NCBI GenBank assembly: GCA_049287205.1
Contig: JBAQFJ010000001.1
Span: forward strand, 575,041-639,040
Reading direction: 5' to 3'
Length of the DNA stretch: 64,000 nt
Origin: Microgenomates group bacterium
GTDB taxonomy: Bacteria > Patescibacteriota > Microgenomatia > UBA10105 > UBA927
Part shown: positions 19,273 to 29,448 of the stretch, one piece after another
Position numbering within the stretch: position 1 is the first letter of the stretch
Layout: each line of letters opens with the position of its first letter
Notes under the pieces: generated by a model
Databases searched by the model: none
Told to the model about the DNA's origin: nothing
Seen by the model: only the letters and a program-made list of their open reading frames with translations
Made by a program: the position numbers and the translations under genes

Positions 19273-20912
19273 AGTTGTACTCCAAGCGCTGTTACTAGCA
19301 AAATCCCGATCGTTCCCAACGTGATCATATCAGCTACATATCGCAGTTTGGTATCTTCAAAAACAATACGTACAGTATGTGTTCCCTCCGTTACCCTAAA
19401 GGTGATGAGTCCACGATAGGTAGGATCCTGATATTGTATACCTGTTTGTACCCCATCAACATAGACTTTCCAACCGGGGAAATAGAGTGTATTTTCTACC
19501 AGTCTTGCCGGCTCTTTGGCTTCCACACTGTACTCTCTGGTTGTGGTGGTTCGGTTACCATGAGTTATGATAACTGCACCTTCAGCAATCTCAAGAGGCG
19601 ATGTTGGTCGGTGTTCCATAAACCGAACAGACCAAATGGGACTGCTTTCTCCTGTGTCTGTTGTTGATTCATATATACCGCTATAAAAATTTTCTGATTT
19701 TTGACTGTATGCTTTCGGTTTCCACATATAGACTGTTGAAACTACCGCGATAATGCAAAATACGCTGACAACATAATTACCAACCAGCCGTTTATTTAGT
19801 TTTCTTCTCTCAATAATTGACGCAATACTGACTCCACCCAGAATTGCAGACAAAAATACCGAAACAGAAAGAAATCTCCATGGAAACTGAAATTTCTGAA
19901 GTAAAGATATGTGTTGCCAAATACCAGATGACGCTGAAGTCATCATGAATAGGGAACCAAAAAATAACACAACTAGTCCGATGATAAACACCCGAAGTGA
20001 TTTTTCCTTCATTTTCCACATCACCGCGAGTGATACAAATATTCCAAGCCACTGTGCAATACCAACGGACTTTGTTAGTTCATTTCCCTGACCATACTTC
20101 CACGCGGAATAGAAAAACCAGCGTATTGGAACAAACCTGCTTCCGTATTCATTTGAGGTCACAATATCCCTAAGTGTATATTTCCCTTCAAAAAACGCAG
20201 GCATCCAAAAAAATGCAGCAATGCCGAATCCCAACAAAAAAAAGTAGACTGAAGGGATAACAAAGCTCATAGATTTTTTACTTTGGGTGAAAAATAGATA
20301 AATCCAATACAACCCGATAACCGGCAAAAACATGATCGCAACAGCGTTATGAGACAGGATTAATGCACCAACGGATAGTGTCAATCCTATTCCATGAACT
20401 AGTTGCCTATTTTTTGAGTATTCGGCAGTGTTCGATAACAAAAACAAAAAATAACAAATCAGCGGCGGAAACACAAATGCCATATGTTCACCTATTGCTC
20501 CACGCACATACAAATCCACAAAACGATACGGTGCAAATCCATACAGCATTGCCGCGATAACACCTGCACGCTTCCCAAATGCGGTTTTTACCCACAAGTA
20601 CATGGCGAGTATGCTCGCAGTGAATGCAAAAGCAAATACCATTTTGGTTGCATCAACATACCCGAGTCCCATCCAATGAAAGAGTGATCCGACATAGGAA
20701 GACATCGGATACAAAAACATGAGTATCGGGTGTCCATATCCCCAATTCAAATTACTCGCCCACCGAGGAATTACATTCCCTTCAGAAAGGCTAGCAAAAA
20801 AACTTGCGATACGCGCCACATGATCCGGCCCGTCATGGGTAACAGGCAACCCTTCAGGAAGAAGCCCAATTAGTGGAAGCATGCTAATAATTAGTAAAAT
20901 AATCCAGTTCAT
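19254..20912 (-). CDS. short YfhO-like polytopic membrane protein (GT-C), paralogue of 14082..15683
   Basis: VTHDGPDHVARIASFFASLSEGNVIPRWASNLNWGYGHPILMFLYP N-terminal motif; C-terminal LYFPGWKVYVDGVQTGIQY...VTEGTHTVRIVF module; 552 aa. Confidence 0.6.
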   Translation of the reverse strand: MNWIILLIISMLPLIGLLPEGLPVTHDGPDHVARIASFFASLSEGNVIPRWASNLNWGYGHPILMFLYPMSSYVGSLFHWMGLGYVDATKMVFAFAFTASILAMYLWVKTAFGKRAGVIAAMLYGFAPYRFVDLYVRGAIGEHMAFVFPPLICYFLFLLSNTAEYSKNRQLVHGIGLTLSVGALILSHNAVAIMFLPVIGLYWIYLFFTQSKKSMSFVIPSVYFFLLGFGIAAFFWMPAFFEGKYTLRDIVTSNEYGSRFVPIRWFFYSAWKYGQGNELTKSVGIAQWLGIFVSLAVMWKMKEKSLRVFIIGLVVLFFGSLFMMTSASSGIWQHISLLQKFQFPWRFLSVSVFLSAILGGVSIASIIERRKLNKRLVGNYVVSVFCIIAVVSTVYMWKPKAYSQKSENFYSGIYESTTDTGESSPIWSVRFMEHRPTSPLEIAEGAVIITHGNRTTTTREYSVEAKEPARLVENTLYFPGWKVYVDGVQTGIQYQDPTYRGLITFRVTEGTHTVRIVFEDTKLRYVADMITLGTIGILLVTALGVQLWKKRA

Positions 20913-20917
20913 ACTAT

Positions 20918-22552
20918 TTATTTTGCGATATGTATCGCATCACGTCCATCAAGATACTTGATAATACCAAGAGAGCCGTCAGGAATCTCACTCGGAGTAC
21001 CAATATATAATGTGCTCCCGTCTTTTATTTCCTTATCCCATTGAATAGGCCTGAAATCATACACATCAAAATGATTTTTCACTTCCCTAAATCCACCTGA
21101 TGCAGTTCCCCCTTCAGATTGATATTTTTTTGGGTCATATTTTGTATAGAAAAGAAAAAACATATGTGGTTGTTCCAACTTTGTCGAGACAACAACTTTT
21201 GTATATGCATTCTTATTTGTTTCAGCATACTCCACTGCCTGTTGGTATCCATATTGCCAATAATCAGAATATTCTCTATCCATGTGCACAAAATACATAT
21301 GCAAATAATAGACGATATTACACAACGCGAGAAAAAGAATAATAGGAAGTGTTAATTTTTTCCAACGCTTCCCATTTCTTATCCATACTATATATTCATA
21401 TATTCCAAATGCGGTTAGTATTTGAAATACCGGCAAAAATACTAACGTTCGAATTGCATGTGGGAGCCCTGTAGTAACAGAAGCAGGAATCGGAGCGAGT
21501 AAAATCCAAACAAATAAAAATACCGCGAGTTTTCCACCACGTTTTGCAATACTCACAATCCCCCACAAAAGAAATGGGAGTTCAATAAGATACAGTAAAC
21601 CCATATCTGGTGCATGATGACGAGGAAGATCCCCCTGCAAAAACAACCATTTTAGTGAAAAGTGAGAAAGATATCCATCAACCACAGTTTTGACCCATAC
21701 AATTCGTCTGTTATCAAACACCATGCCGAGTGTATCACCCCTTGCTATATCATCTTCCAATAATCTCACACTTGATGATAGAAGCGCTGTTTGATCCGAC
21801 AGGGAACTTGTTCCTTTGAGTCGCATCAAAGTTGTCGGATTCGTAAACATCACAATCATTGGAATGACGGTGAGTAGTCCAATTGCAATTGCTAGATATA
21901 CTGATTTCTTGTTTGCCCAGATTTCTTTCCAATCAAGTATGGTTAACAGTAACAAAAACATCGGTGCGAATATCCGCTCGCTATGATATGCGTATAGCGA
22001 TAACCCAAACAAAAGTGCACTCATCCACAATGTTTTTTTATTCCGGAGGAAAAAAAATGCGGCCCAAATGTTAAGTGTTACTCCTGTATTTGCCTCAAAC
22101 GCGATACGGGAAAACTGTATATGCCATGGTGAAATAGCAAGCAAGAATGCCGCAATAAGCGGAATACTTTCGATTATTTTTTTGTCTTTACTCCACTTCC
22201 TCAACAGCTCACGCACAAACAAAAATGTTCCGATAACAGCGAGTATCCCCATCACTGCTGACGGCAATCGTGTTGACCAAACAGATAATCCAAAAATCGC
22301 AACCGAAGGAATAGTCATGTACATGTATAGAGGCGGCTTGTAGTCATCAAATGACCGGAGAGACAATGGAAATGGTGTTCCGTATTCATCTTTCCCTGTC
22401 AGTAGCATGGAATATGCGTTATATCCGAGCGCCGCTTCATCCCAGTCGGGACTTGGCGGAGTGAGACCTAGATGCCAAAGCCGTACTGCTGCTGCAATGA
22501 GGACAATCAACACTACTAGTATCCATGTTCGTTTCATATTATTTTGCGTCAA
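20918..22552 (-). CDS. ArnT/PMT-like (GT39/GT83-type) polytopic membrane glycosyltransferase
   Basis: PDWDEAALGYNAYSMLLTGKDEYGTPFPL motif (DE + GKDE.G) as in ArnT-family aminoarabinose/mannosyl transferases. 544 aa with C-terminal soluble domain. Tandem paralogue of 22539..24185. Confidence 0.6.
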   Translation of the reverse strand: MTQNNMKRTWILVVLIVLIAAAVRLWHLGLTPPSPDWDEAALGYNAYSMLLTGKDEYGTPFPLSLRSFDDYKPPLYMYMTIPSVAIFGLSVWSTRLPSAVMGILAVIGTFLFVRELLRKWSKDKKIIESIPLIAAFLLAISPWHIQFSRIAFEANTGVTLNIWAAFFFLRNKKTLWMSALLFGLSLYAYHSERIFAPMFLLLLTILDWKEIWANKKSVYLAIAIGLLTVIPMIVMFTNPTTLMRLKGTSSLSDQTALLSSSVRLLEDDIARGDTLGMVFDNRRIVWVKTVVDGYLSHFSLKWLFLQGDLPRHHAPDMGLLYLIELPFLLWGIVSIAKRGGKLAVFLFVWILLAPIPASVTTGLPHAIRTLVFLPVFQILTAFGIYEYIVWIRNGKRWKKLTLPIILFLALCNIVYYLHMYFVHMDREYSDYWQYGYQQAVEYAETNKNAYTKVVVSTKLEQPHMFFLFYTKYDPKKYQSEGGTASGGFREVKNHFDVYDFRPIQWDKEIKDGSTLYIGTPSEIPDGSLGIIKYLDGRDAIHIAK

Positions 22553-24185
22553 ACAGCACTAACACATCATTTCCATTAAGAAGCGTTATTTTTTGGATAA
22601 CATGCGCACCTTCCGGTACCCAGCTGGGATCTCCAATATATAACGCTCCGGTCTCAAGCGAACCGCTTGGCATGGCATCGATAAACCTGTATTTAGAAAA
22701 TCCGTATACATGATAAAAACCTGCAGTATCAAATGTAGATTCTTTTACTTTCAAATATTCGTTTGGATCAAATTTTGTATAGAACAGTGTGTACATATAC
22801 GGTCTGCCTATGGTTGAAGAAACATACATCTTGTCGTAGTTTACCTCTATTTTTTGAGCCGCAGTGATTGCTTCGGCGTATCCGTACTGCCATTCGCCGG
22901 AATAGACTCCTGCATAATGCGCATAATAATTATGCAAATAATATCCAATACTAAATATATATACACCAACAAATACAATTCCAATTCCAATTGATGCAAT
23001 TTTTTTATATTTTGCAACCCATCCAAAGACTACTGTTATTCCGTATGCCACTATTATCTGCCACACAGGAAGAGAATTTAGGATTCGTAATGCATGTGGC
23101 GTTTCACGAGCGGTTGCAGCAGGAACAATCGCAAGAATAATCCATATAAGGAGAATCCATGCAATCTGCGGAGCTGTCACAAATAATGCAATCAATCCAA
23201 CTGCAAGAAGTGGGGCTTCCATCATATACATCTGTCCCACAACTTGTGTAGAGAACTTCGGATTCCCGTCGCCTGTCACGAATAAAAATGACGGTTGCAG
23301 ATTATCTGCAAAATGCCTGAGATAGGACAATGCGAACCCAATTCGTCTGTTATGCAGTACGCGTCCGACTATCGAATTATTGTCATATGCCATCCGCTCG
23401 TTTGAGGCAACAACAACGGAAGCGTCTGTAAATATATTCACTTCCTCAAAACGAAGTCTTGCTTCAGAAGACACAAGGTGCGGCAAAATAGGTACCATCG
23501 CTATGCACGCAATAACGGCGCCAATCAGAAACTGTTTCCAACTAACTTTAATCGATTTCCAAAAAACTACACAAAGAACCAAACCGAAAAGCGGCGCAAA
23601 ATACCTGGCGCTATTAAAAGTGTATACGGCGGCAACAAAAGGGAGCCATGCAACAATCCACATTTTTGGTTTTCCCACGGCAACAAGAATCAGATATACG
23701 CCAAGCACTACAAAAAATAATGCAATATTTGCTTCAAATCCGGCGCGCGAAAGATTGATATGCCACGGAGAGACAGCTAATACAGTGGATGAAAGAAGTG
23801 CAACCCATTGAATAGTCTCTTTCCCTAATTTCGACATGCCAAACAATTTGATCACTAAAAAGAATGTCGCAAGAACAGTGAGAGAACCAAACAACGCGGA
23901 AGGAAATCTGACGGCAAAATCAGTTAATCCAAACGCCGCAATGGATGGGACAGTGAGATAAATTGCGAGGGGTGGTTTATAATCCCCATATGCAACAAAT
24001 GTATCGATAGGCAAGAATTTCCCATGCTCATCTTTACCAGTTTTCAAAATGGAATATGCGTTATATCCAATTGATACCTCATCCCACGATAATGCAGGAG
24101 GTATAGAAGAAATTTTGTTCACCCGCAAAAACAATGCGCCCAGTGTGATGCAAATAAGTGCAATGATCATTCCTGCTTTTTTCAT
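22539..24185 (-). CDS. ArnT/PMT-like polytopic membrane glycosyltransferase (tandem paralogue)
   Basis: LSWDEVSIGYNAYSILKTGKDEHGKFLPI motif; 548 aa; same domain layout as 20918..22552. Confidence 0.6.
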   Translation of the reverse strand: MKKAGMIIALICITLGALFLRVNKISSIPPALSWDEVSIGYNAYSILKTGKDEHGKFLPIDTFVAYGDYKPPLAIYLTVPSIAAFGLTDFAVRFPSALFGSLTVLATFFLVIKLFGMSKLGKETIQWVALLSSTVLAVSPWHINLSRAGFEANIALFFVVLGVYLILVAVGKPKMWIVAWLPFVAAVYTFNSARYFAPLFGLVLCVVFWKSIKVSWKQFLIGAVIACIAMVPILPHLVSSEARLRFEEVNIFTDASVVVASNERMAYDNNSIVGRVLHNRRIGFALSYLRHFADNLQPSFLFVTGDGNPKFSTQVVGQMYMMEAPLLAVGLIALFVTAPQIAWILLIWIILAIVPAATARETPHALRILNSLPVWQIIVAYGITVVFGWVAKYKKIASIGIGIVFVGVYIFSIGYYLHNYYAHYAGVYSGEWQYGYAEAITAAQKIEVNYDKMYVSSTIGRPYMYTLFYTKFDPNEYLKVKESTFDTAGFYHVYGFSKYRFIDAMPSGSLETGALYIGDPSWVPEGAHVIQKITLLNGNDVLVLFDAK

Positions 24186-25468
24186 ACTTCAGACAATTTT
24201 TCTTCATCCCATATTTTTAGGATTCCTAGGATAAAAAGCGTCGCAATATACGCAACGTGGCTGTTATTGAAATACCTGCTCGTGTACCAAAATAAAAATA
24301 ACGTGACTGCATGAATGATAAAAATAAATCCGATAGACTGATATTTCTTGAGCGCTGCAATTCCTGCAGTCAAACCGATCATTCCCAGACTAAGCTGCCA
24401 CAATATAAACGGATAAAATGTATGTGTATCCCGAATCACACCAAAACCAATAAGGAGCATTCCCAATCCGTACCCTGATATCGGATAACTGTTTGGACTA
24501 TTGCCTGACAGATAAAAAATCACGCTGTCCAAAAACGCATTTGCGTCCCACAAAAGAAAAGGCGTTACAAATAACGCACCGACTACTCCACCAGTAATGA
24601 TGTAGCCAAAAAACTGTTTCCATGACACATGACGGACAAGGAGAAGATATCCCAAAACAACAGGTACTGCAAACCACGCAGTCTGTTTCGTAAGGGCCGC
24701 AAGTGCAACCATTACCGCACTCCACATATATTGTTTCTTATCAATCAAAAATACAGCGAGTACAAACCACCACAATACTAACATGTCACTTCGTCCTTCA
24801 ATCAAATATCCGATTGATGCAGGGTTCAATCCGATTACCATAATGGCAAGTCGTGCAATATCTTTATTTGAAAGCCACATATATAACACAACCAATAGCC
24901 CAATGGTGGCGGCCAAAAGCGGCATCCGCCCGTCAAAATAGCCGACTGTTCGCATGGAAACAAAATAAAACGGGTACGCTGATAACAAATACCATGGCGG
25001 CATCACAAAATGATATAAGGCAGGGTTCACAACGTCTTTATCACCCTCGCCATACGTCCACTTCTCCATCGGTGTACCGAAATATGTTTCTTTATATGGA
25101 TTTCTCCCGTCACCCACATATCTGACTGCTGCTTCAAGCTGTAGGATAATGTCATGCGTTTTATAATTTTGCCCTGGTGCAATACGACCCCGGTCAACAA
25201 TAGCTGTACCAATACTTCCGACAAGGACAATGAGTACAATTGCCCATGTAAGAATGGTTTTGGTCACTTCAATCTTTTTTGCGTTCCCCGTGGCAAGCAA
25301 TGCGTAAAGAATATTGCCGATGTTGAGAAGAAAATAGAAGAGAAACAATACATACGACGTACCCTCGCCCGGAGAAATTTTATATCCCATGACCACCGGA
25401 ACTGTCACAATAAAAAGAAGTGATGCAACAAACGCTGAAAAAAGATTTTTTCCTCCTGAAGTCTTCAT
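24182..25468 (-). CDS. polytopic membrane protein, putative GT-C (family not recognised)
   Basis: 428 aa, 10 or more hydrophobic helices. Conserved-looking LAALTKQTAWFAVPVVLGYLL and RMPLLAATIGL segments. 4-nt overlap with the upstream gene. Confidence 0.45.
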   Translation of the reverse strand: MKTSGGKNLFSAFVASLLFIVTVPVVMGYKISPGEGTSYVLFLFYFLLNIGNILYALLATGNAKKIEVTKTILTWAIVLIVLVGSIGTAIVDRGRIAPGQNYKTHDIILQLEAAVRYVGDGRNPYKETYFGTPMEKWTYGEGDKDVVNPALYHFVMPPWYLLSAYPFYFVSMRTVGYFDGRMPLLAATIGLLVVLYMWLSNKDIARLAIMVIGLNPASIGYLIEGRSDMLVLWWFVLAVFLIDKKQYMWSAVMVALAALTKQTAWFAVPVVLGYLLLVRHVSWKQFFGYIITGGVVGALFVTPFLLWDANAFLDSVIFYLSGNSPNSYPISGYGLGMLLIGFGVIRDTHTFYPFILWQLSLGMIGLTAGIAALKKYQSIGFIFIIHAVTLFLFWYTSRYFNNSHVAYIATLFILGILKIWDEEKLSEV

Positions 25469-25508
25469 ACGATATATCTCATTGTATCATGGAAGAACGG
25501 CATTTTCC

Positions 25509-26984
25509 TCACCGTGTGTAAAGAAACAACGCTGAATTTCCCACCCTTTCGGTTTTCTCATATCTCCATTCATCAAACGATACTGTCGGCTTATCTAACG
25601 GGCAAATTTCTGTAGAACACATGATGCTCAGTTTTCCCGCTGGTGGTGTTTCCGGACATGCATTTTCACAAATAATAAACAGTCTGTTATTGGTCGTATC
25701 GTCAATGGATACAGATAGTATTCTGTACAACTTAAAGAAATACCGAATATGCAAATCATTAAACGAACGGGAATTCATCACAGTGAACGCAAACGGCTGT
25801 CCGTCTGTAAGCACAGCAATTTTCTCGGTAATAGCCGTAATCCTCGGCAAGTCAGGGTCTTTAACAATATACGGATGGAACAAAGACCAAGAAACATATA
25901 ATGAAATGACGACAATACCTATGCCCGTGACTATAACAATGCGTTTATGTACACTTGACAGCACACCAACAAGCAAGAAAAAAACCACGGGAATGAATTG
26001 ATACCAATATTGCGGTTGTATCGTATCTTTATAGAATGCCAAAACACAAACCCCAAAGCAAAACCAAAGTACAAATACGAGTGACTCAAGTTTCCGTTTA
26101 AACAAATTCACAAGTAGTACAACACATGCGATACCGAGGAGCAGTCCCTTGTTTTCGAGAGCAATAACGTATTTCCATAACGACGCGACGATCTCTATCA
26201 CGTTCATAACGTATGCACGTTTTGAAAATACCTGTTCTTCTCCATATGTAATCGTTGCGAAACTTCCCGTAATATCTATAAATCCATGATGTGCTTCATA
26301 AGCAAGAAATGGATATACCAATGCGCTTCCAAGGACAACAGCTCCGACAATCCAGAGCCATATTGCATTGTTCTTATCTTTTTTCGTCTGATATATCACA
26401 ATACCGACACACACAATTGCCGCTGGAATGAGGGAAATAGCATTGACGTAATGGAGTTGTAATAATGCGGCTGCTGAAACAGCCATTGTCAAAAAACCCC
26501 AATACTTTTTTTTCTTTCCGACCAAAAATAAAGAAGTAATCAACAATACTACAAAAAACGGTATAGGTGTCGGATTCCATAAACGTCTGTCCTGCATGAT
26601 AAGTAAGGGAGAACACGCCATAAGACTGCTCACTATGTATGCGACCTGAAATCCAAATACTGAGGATGAAACATATAAAAATAACAGAATTGCCGCGACA
26701 CTAAGTATGCACATTGCTACCCCGGGAACGACCGGATTAAATCCAAACAACACGAATGCGGGGGCGATAAGATAATAATACAATGGCCCGGTATACTGAC
26801 CCGCGCCGACTGTAGGACCCGCGACAGGAAGTGTGCGCTGCTCAATCGCCTCAAAAATTGCCAATCCGTCTCTTCCCTGATCGCCTAAAAATTCTGTCGT
26901 GTCATGAATGGTATACAATCTCAGACAAAGTGAGACTACAATAAGTAAAAAGATGAGAACGCTGCGTTTACTATTTTTCCGCAT
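25509..26984 (-). CDS. ArnT/GT39-like polytopic membrane glycosyltransferase ('DQGRD' family)
   Basis: EFLGDQGRDGLAIFEAIE...AGPTVGAGQYTGPLYYY motif paralogous to 50808..52349 (FLGDEGRDALVVKRMI...GPTASVGGFFMGPIYYY); 491 aa. Confidence 0.55.
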   Translation of the reverse strand: MRKNSKRSVLIFLLIVVSLCLRLYTIHDTTEFLGDQGRDGLAIFEAIEQRTLPVAGPTVGAGQYTGPLYYYLIAPAFVLFGFNPVVPGVAMCILSVAAILLFLYVSSSVFGFQVAYIVSSLMACSPLLIMQDRRLWNPTPIPFFVVLLITSLFLVGKKKKYWGFLTMAVSAAALLQLHYVNAISLIPAAIVCVGIVIYQTKKDKNNAIWLWIVGAVVLGSALVYPFLAYEAHHGFIDITGSFATITYGEEQVFSKRAYVMNVIEIVASLWKYVIALENKGLLLGIACVVLLVNLFKRKLESLVFVLWFCFGVCVLAFYKDTIQPQYWYQFIPVVFFLLVGVLSSVHKRIVIVTGIGIVVISLYVSWSLFHPYIVKDPDLPRITAITEKIAVLTDGQPFAFTVMNSRSFNDLHIRYFFKLYRILSVSIDDTTNNRLFIICENACPETPPAGKLSIMCSTEICPLDKPTVSFDEWRYEKTERVGNSALFLYTR

Positions 26985-27036
26985 AAAAATAAATTACAAA
27001 TGTAGTGAATATATATAGTATATAATAGATACTCAT
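26985..27036. promoter_or_regulatory. divergent promoter region between minus 25509..26984 and plus 27037..29439
   Basis: 52-nt AT-rich spacer containing TATATA-G-TATATAAT (self-complementary TATATA repeats and a TATAAT -10-like hexamer usable on either strand). Confidence 0.4.
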
Positions 27037-29439
27037 ATGGTGCGTCGCCATACGAATTTATATATCGTCATTCTCTTTTTCCTATCCCTCGTAGGATGTT
27101 TATTCTATAAAACCGTCATCCACGGACACATTCCTTTTCCGGGAGATCTTCTTCTTTCAGAGTACGCTCCATTTCGACACACTGACTATTTCGGATACGC
27201 CGCAGGGGGGATTCCCAGCAAAGGACAATATTTTGATGTCGTGCGGGAACTGTACCCATGGAAAACCCTTGTCATTGACGCCATAAAACAAAAAACATTG
27301 CCTTTATGGAATCCTTACAGTTTTTCAGGAACTCCACTACTGGCTAATTACCAATCTCAAGTATTTTACCCTCTCGGAATACTCTATCTTATCCTGCCTC
27401 AACCGGTCGCCTGGACAATTATGGTAATGCTACAAATATTTTTAGGACTTGTATTTATGTATCTGTTCGCACGTAGCATCGGCTTATCGCTCCCGTCAGG
27501 GATTATTGCTGCAATTACTTTCAACGTATCAAGTTTTTCCATATCATGGGTGGAATTTAACACCGTATGGCATACCATTCTTTGGCTTCCCCTGCTTCTT
27601 TATATTGTTGAGAGGGGAATAACACAAAAAAAATTGACCGTTAAACAGCAGCTGGTTTTTCTCTTTGCCCTCTTTTCCAGTATCACGGCCGGTCACCCGC
27701 AGGATTTTATTAATTCATTTCTATTTTTAGTTATATACACATCCTTGAGAATTATCTTCTATCCATCATGGAATAAAAAAGAAAAAATTTCTTTTACAAT
27801 AAAAACAATTGTTCCAATTACAGCTATTCCTTTCTTACTTGCATCCATTCAACTGCTGCCAACCGTTGAATTATTTAGAATTTCTGCCCGGGTTCCTCAT
27901 GATGTTGGTCATATTCTTTCAACTATGCTTGTACAACTTTGGCAACTACCTATGCTCATCTATCAGGATTTTTTTGGAAACCCCGCAACAAAAACATACA
28001 CAACACCCGATACGTATGTCGGAAAAACAATTTCTATCGGTGTTACCGGTTTTTCCTTGGCAGTATGGTCATTACTGAATAAACAAAAAAACTGGCATAG
28101 AACATTTTTTTTGATTACGGTTGCTGTCATGATTTGTATATCTGTTGCCTCTCCATTAACACAAATTTTGTATCAGTTTCCTATTCCCATTCTTTCCACC
28201 GGCACGCCGACAAGAAACTTATTTATTCTGCTGTTTGCCTTATCAGTCCTCGCGGGATTTGGGTTGGAAGCAATATATACAAAAAAATATACGGCAAAAA
28301 AACTCATTTTTGCTTCGATCACCCTTCTTATACTCACATGGATAGCTGCAATTTTTTTGCCGCATAGTTTTTCATTTCTTCTTCCGGGAGTTCTTAAAAA
28401 AAGCGCCATCATCATCACTGCACTCATAGGATGTTCTTTGTGCATGTTCTTGGCGTCAAAGTATAAAACAGTCTTTGTCTACGGTTTTATTTTGCTTGTG
28501 TTTGCTGAACTTGGATACGGGTTTATAAAATTTAATCCCTTTGTCCCTGCAAATTTTCTCTATCCAGAAAACGAGGCATTCACGTATCTGCAAAAAAATT
28601 CCGGCGTCAATCGCTTCTGGGGATATGGAACCGCGCGGTTTGAGTCAAATCTCAATGCGCAATATCACCTCTTTTCAACTGATGGTACTGATCCGCTGAA
28701 CATTAGATGGTACAACCAATTCATGCAGGCGACCAAAAACGGGAGTCTTGCGAGAGTATTTAACAGATCAACAAGATCTGATACTGGCCTTGCCGAAGGG
28801 TACGGAGCACGTGATCTTCCTGAAAACACAAACAGACTCCGTATTATGGATCTTTTAGGCATTCAATATGTACTGGACAGACCGGAAAATCCAAAAGATA
28901 ACGTTACTTTTGCATCCTCTCGTTTTACGCCAATGACAACACTTAAAAATAATTACACTATCTATAAAAACAAACTCGCCTATCCGAGAGCATTTCTCGC
29001 CTCTCAATATCAAACGTATAAAACCACAGATGATTTTGAAAAACAGTTTTTCGCTAAAGAATTTGATCCAAGAAAAACAATACTTCTTCCGGAAGAAACA
29101 CCAACACTGTCTCTTACTCAGGCAAGCTACGCAGATGCGACTATTGTGTCGTATACACCGAACGAAATTATTATTGAAACTAGCAGTGATGCAACACAGC
29201 TTCTTTTTCTGTCAGACACCTATGCTCCCGGTTGGGTTGCAACGATTGATGATCGGGATGCAGAAGTACTCAAAGCGGATTATGCATTTCGTGCAGTTGC
29301 AGTACCAGAAGGACGTCATGCCGTTCGATTCATATATGCGCCTGTCAGTGTGAAATTCGGATTCATTGGCACATGCATCGGTATTATTTCACTTGGAATC
29401 TATATTGGTCTTGGTATCGGAAGAAAAAAGAGGAAATAA
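27037..29439 (+). CDS. long YfhO-like polytopic membrane glycosyltransferase (GT-C)
   Basis: 800 aa. N-terminal HGHIPFPGDLLLSEYAPF...LPLWNPYSFSGTPLLANYQSQVFYPL motif as in YfhO-family proteins. C-terminal SDTYAPGWVATIDDRDAEVLKADYAFRAVAVPEGRHAVRFIYAPV module. Confidence 0.65.
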   Translation: MVRRHTNLYIVILFFLSLVGCLFYKTVIHGHIPFPGDLLLSEYAPFRHTDYFGYAAGGIPSKGQYFDVVRELYPWKTLVIDAIKQKTLPLWNPYSFSGTPLLANYQSQVFYPLGILYLILPQPVAWTIMVMLQIFLGLVFMYLFARSIGLSLPSGIIAAITFNVSSFSISWVEFNTVWHTILWLPLLLYIVERGITQKKLTVKQQLVFLFALFSSITAGHPQDFINSFLFLVIYTSLRIIFYPSWNKKEKISFTIKTIVPITAIPFLLASIQLLPTVELFRISARVPHDVGHILSTMLVQLWQLPMLIYQDFFGNPATKTYTTPDTYVGKTISIGVTGFSLAVWSLLNKQKNWHRTFFLITVAVMICISVASPLTQILYQFPIPILSTGTPTRNLFILLFALSVLAGFGLEAIYTKKYTAKKLIFASITLLILTWIAAIFLPHSFSFLLPGVLKKSAIIITALIGCSLCMFLASKYKTVFVYGFILLVFAELGYGFIKFNPFVPANFLYPENEAFTYLQKNSGVNRFWGYGTARFESNLNAQYHLFSTDGTDPLNIRWYNQFMQATKNGSLARVFNRSTRSDTGLAEGYGARDLPENTNRLRIMDLLGIQYVLDRPENPKDNVTFASSRFTPMTTLKNNYTIYKNKLAYPRAFLASQYQTYKTTDDFEKQFFAKEFDPRKTILLPEETPTLSLTQASYADATIVSYTPNEIIIETSSDATQLLFLSDTYAPGWVATIDDRDAEVLKADYAFRAVAVPEGRHAVRFIYAPVSVKFGFIGTCIGIISLGIYIGLGIGRKKRK

Positions 29440-29448
29440 CGTTCATTT

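Noticed and set aside
20918-24185. Possibility that the tandem ArnT-like pair is a recent duplication or an assembly collapse artefact
   Set aside because: The protein sequences differ at most positions outside the motifs (about one third identical by eye) and their lengths differ, so the duplication is ancient and real.
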